From contig JBAWZD010000002.1 in assembly GCA_037143195.1 (NCBI GenBank), positions 207,157-271,156 of the forward strand: a stretch of 64,000 bases of DNA. The letters are read 5' to 3'. Every line of letters starts with the position of its first letter. Position 1 is the stretch's first letter. Origin of the DNA: a bacterium (GTDB lineage Bacteria; Patescibacteriota; Minisyncoccia; Phycocordibacterales; UBA9973). Below, in pieces: positions 61,396 to 64,000 of this stretch. The position numbers were made by a program, and so were the translations under genes. The notes beneath the pieces are model-generated. The model did no database searches. It saw nothing but the letters and a program-made list of their open reading frames with translations, and was not told the origin of the DNA.

Positions 61396-63141
61396 TTATT
61401 TCTTTGCGAACAATTTCCACACTTTGCTTGTTGCGAGATACCATGATTCGATGCCACTGAAACGATCTTCTGCTGTTGCTACGTGTCCGAGTGTAATACC
61501 AGTCTTGTCTGTACGGGTTACGTAAATGTACGAAGGGGAATAGACGAAGACTGCAGGAATATCGTTTGCGATTTCTTTTTCAAACGAAGCATAGAGTGTG
61601 TTTTCTTTGCTTTGATCGAGTGTGGCGAGACCCTGTTCAAGAAGCTTGTCTACTTTTGGATTCACATAGCTTGAAATATTGAGTCCTGGATCGTTGCGCT
61701 GTGATGAGTGCCAGAATGCGTATAAGTCTGACTGGTTTGAAACGACTTCACCAAAGAAGAGCGCTTGGAATTTGCGAGGACGAATGATGTCTTGGTTGAG
61801 ACTTCCTGTCTCGTAGACCTTTGGTGTTGCTTCGATACCTATGGTCTTGAGATCTTCACTAATGAGCGTGACTGCTTGGGTGAGTTCTGGTGTGTTGTTT
61901 GTCGCAATCTCAAACGAAAGACGTTGTGGATCTTTTTTGGCGACGGGCTTCATGTAGATTCCGTCTGAACCAAGTTTCCATCCGTCTTTCTCAAGAATCT
62001 TTTTTGCCTGATCGACATCAATCGTACTTGGACCTTCTGCATCACCTTGAGCCATTTCAGAACTTGCGGGGATAGCACCATTTGTTGGTGTTCCATATCC
62101 TTTCAAGACACTTTTCACAATGCCTGATTTGTCGATGGCGAGTGAGATTGCCTGGCGAACATTTTTGTCTGCAAAAATCTTGGCCTGTGTTTGATTGAAG
62201 AAAAGTCCAAACACTCGTGGAAGCGGGGAAGTCATGACGCGACTTCCTTCGTTTGCAAGCATCTCTGCATTCTCTGGATCAATACCACCGAATGTATCGA
62301 TGTCTCCCGCCTTGTATGCTGCAACGAGCGTACTTTCTGATGCGTAAAAATGGATACGAACCGTATCGATGAGTGGTTTCAAACCACCTTTCGCCTTTGA
62401 TCGTTCGAGTTCGTAGTACGCAGGAATACCTGATGCCCCAGCGACGACAGACTTTACTTGATATGCACCTTCGCCAACGGCGTTCTTGCCATTGTAATCA
62501 GTGTAGGCCCAATTTTCATAGGAAATTTTGCCCCAAATATGTTTTGGCACAATTCCGAGCGTCGTGTTTTCGAGGAATGGAGCGTATGGCTGTTTGAGTG
62601 TAAATGTTACGGTGTTTGCGTCTGGAGCATTTGCGATGACACCTTCCCATGCGACACGTTGTGCACTCTTCAAGAGTGGGTCTTGTGCGCTCTTGATTGT
62701 GTAGACGACATCGTCACTCGTTACTTTTTCACCATCTTGGAAATATGCTTCGCGGAGTGTGAATGTGTAGGTGAGTCCATCATCTGAAACAGTGTATTTT
62801 TCTGCGAGATCCGGAACAAGTTCGCCTTCGCTGTTTACTTTCATCAATCCACGATATACGAGACTCGTGAGATCGCGATCTGCGTCGGTCACTGCGAGGA
62901 GCGGGTTGACGAAGCGGGGAGTCCCGATGATGCCTTCTTCGAGTGTGCCACCAGTCGAGGGTACGGCCACCATGAAGTGTTCGTTGACTTGATAGACGAG
63001 CGAGAGTGCGCAGACTGTTCCAACGAGGACGGCGAGAATGAATCCCCCACGTTCGATTGGATTAAATGCACCAAGTGCACGTTTCATCTCAGCATGCATT
63101 CCTGCGAGGCGAGTGGTTTTTTTGTTTGATTGTTCGTCCAT
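61396..63141 (-). CDS. peptide ABC transporter substrate-binding protein (family 5), TM-anchored
   Basis: LVPDLAEKYTVSDDGLTYTFTLR..FQDG..TSDDVVYT. Confidence 0.9.
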   Translation of the reverse strand: MDEQSNKKTTRLAGMHAEMKRALGAFNPIERGGFILAVLVGTVCALSLVYQVNEHFMVAVPSTGGTLEEGIIGTPRFVNPLLAVTDADRDLTSLVYRGLMKVNSEGELVPDLAEKYTVSDDGLTYTFTLREAYFQDGEKVTSDDVVYTIKSAQDPLLKSAQRVAWEGVIANAPDANTVTFTLKQPYAPFLENTTLGIVPKHIWGKISYENWAYTDYNGKNAVGEGAYQVKSVVAGASGIPAYYELERSKAKGGLKPLIDTVRIHFYASESTLVAAYKAGDIDTFGGIDPENAEMLANEGSRVMTSPLPRVFGLFFNQTQAKIFADKNVRQAISLAIDKSGIVKSVLKGYGTPTNGAIPASSEMAQGDAEGPSTIDVDQAKKILEKDGWKLGSDGIYMKPVAKKDPQRLSFEIATNNTPELTQAVTLISEDLKTIGIEATPKVYETGSLNQDIIRPRKFQALFFGEVVSNQSDLYAFWHSSQRNDPGLNISSYVNPKVDKLLEQGLATLDQSKENTLYASFEKEIANDIPAVFVYSPSYIYVTRTDKTGITLGHVATAEDRFSGIESWYLATSKVWKLFAKK

Positions 63142-63231
63142 ATGAGTGAGTTAAGAGTAGTAAGCAAAATCGAAAGACACTTCTTCCTTTTGAAGGCTCA
63201 ATATACTAGATACAATCGCTTGAAAGTGCGA

Positions 63232-63468
63232 TTAGAAGATCACTGCGAGAACGCAAAGTGTAGCGAACAAAACGCCGAGGACGATAGTCGCGATGAAGAG
63301 AAATTTCTCGAAGCCACGCTTCGTGCGGAAATTTTGCATGCCGTCAGAACCGCCAAAAGTACCTCCGATTCCTGCGGTGGAAGGTTGAAAGAGGACAGCG
63401 GCTATGAGGAGCGCGCCGACGAGTATTTGAGCGGCCGGCAAGATGCTCGGCAGAAGTGAACGTAACAT
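63232..63468 (-). CDS. secG: preprotein translocase subunit SecG
   Basis: VLFQ..AGIGGTFGG..RTKRGFEK, 2 TM. Confidence 0.92.
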   Translation of the reverse strand: MLRSLLPSILPAAQILVGALLIAAVLFQPSTAGIGGTFGGSDGMQNFRTKRGFEKFLFIATIVLGVLFATLCVLAVIF

Positions 63469-63567
63469 TGCAAGAGGATTCTATCATATGAGACGAAAAA
63501 AGCAACTTCTCAGGTCAATAGATAGGCTCAACTATAGAGTGTGTTTGGATCGCACCAGATAACATAA

Positions 63568-63599
63568 AATCCGCTTAGACAATGGTGTCTAAGCGGATT
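63568..63599 (-). terminator. terminator-like hairpin
   Basis: 14-bp IR AATCCGCTTAGACA/TGTCTAAGCGGATT downstream of the 63622 gene. Confidence 0.6.
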
Positions 63600-63621
63600 C
63601 TAATTAATTCTGCAATTTTTT

Positions 63622-63987
63622 TTACTGCTTACCCTGTGGGGTAGCAGCTGCTGCTGGTGCAACTGGCGCAGCCCCTGCACCAGTTGTGGGGTCGGCTTCT
63701 AATACTAGAAGCTCATCCCCGTTTTGGTAAATCATTCTACCTGAACGATTCCCATTCTTAATCTCAATAAACATACTATTGATGTTTGCTGTCGTATAGG
63801 ATGGGACATTCGGCACGGTGCGGGGAGCAGCCGCATAGTAATTATGATTTACCACCGGTGGCTGCACCGGAGCAACTGGCTGTGGTAACGGCGCCCTGAG
63901 CCGGCGCACTATTTCAACAGTAAACAATACGATTACGCCTAAGCCTAGAATCGTACACAAGCTATACCATAGCCATTCCCATGGCAT
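63622..63987 (-). CDS. single-TM Pro/Ala-rich orphan protein
   Basis: N-terminal TM, Pro-rich linker; start uncertain at the window edge. Confidence 0.6.
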   Translation of the reverse strand: MPWEWLWYSLCTILGLGVIVLFTVEIVRRLRAPLPQPVAPVQPPVVNHNYYAAAPRTVPNVPSYTTANINSMFIEIKNGNRSGRMIYQNGDELLVLEADPTTGAGAAPVAPAAAATPQGKQ

Positions 63988-64000
63988 GGTATAGCCTGGG

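Noticed and set aside
1-64000. Genetic code 25 (TGA=Gly), prophage or transposase genes
   Set aside because: Conserved genes are full length under code 11 and several end in TGA; no phage structural, integrase or transposase motifs were seen.

Overview
Bacterial chromosomal window in standard genetic code (TGA is used as stop). Gene content and style point to a Patescibacteria/CPR (Parcubacteria-like) genome; this is an inference from the many small orphans, SD-poor short-leader starts and patchy metabolism. Bases 1-6.8 kb are an AT-rich island of unrelated single-gene units separated by degenerate tRNA-3'-end-like repeats, with no integrase in the window. The rest holds housekeeping and salvage genes (purK-purE, pyrD, engB, cyclophilin, lexA, trhO, rlmB, pepN, mutY, htrA, rnj, secG) and a putative glycolipid/lipid-remodelling operon divergent from an OmpR/HK pair. 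It also holds a cobalamin capture-and-use module: ECF S-component, NrdJ, PduO, a class-II cobalamin riboswitch, and DUF4430 plus alpha/alpha-barrel transcobalamin-like proteins. The main unexplained signals are (i) a dispersed Y-shaped repeat with covarying inner hairpins (3 copies), (ii) the putative tRNA-anchored cassette array with promoter-boxA-like-hairpin leaders, and (iii) a Gln-rich leader-peptide attenuator ahead of an orphan gene. All family calls are by motif recognition; no database was searched.
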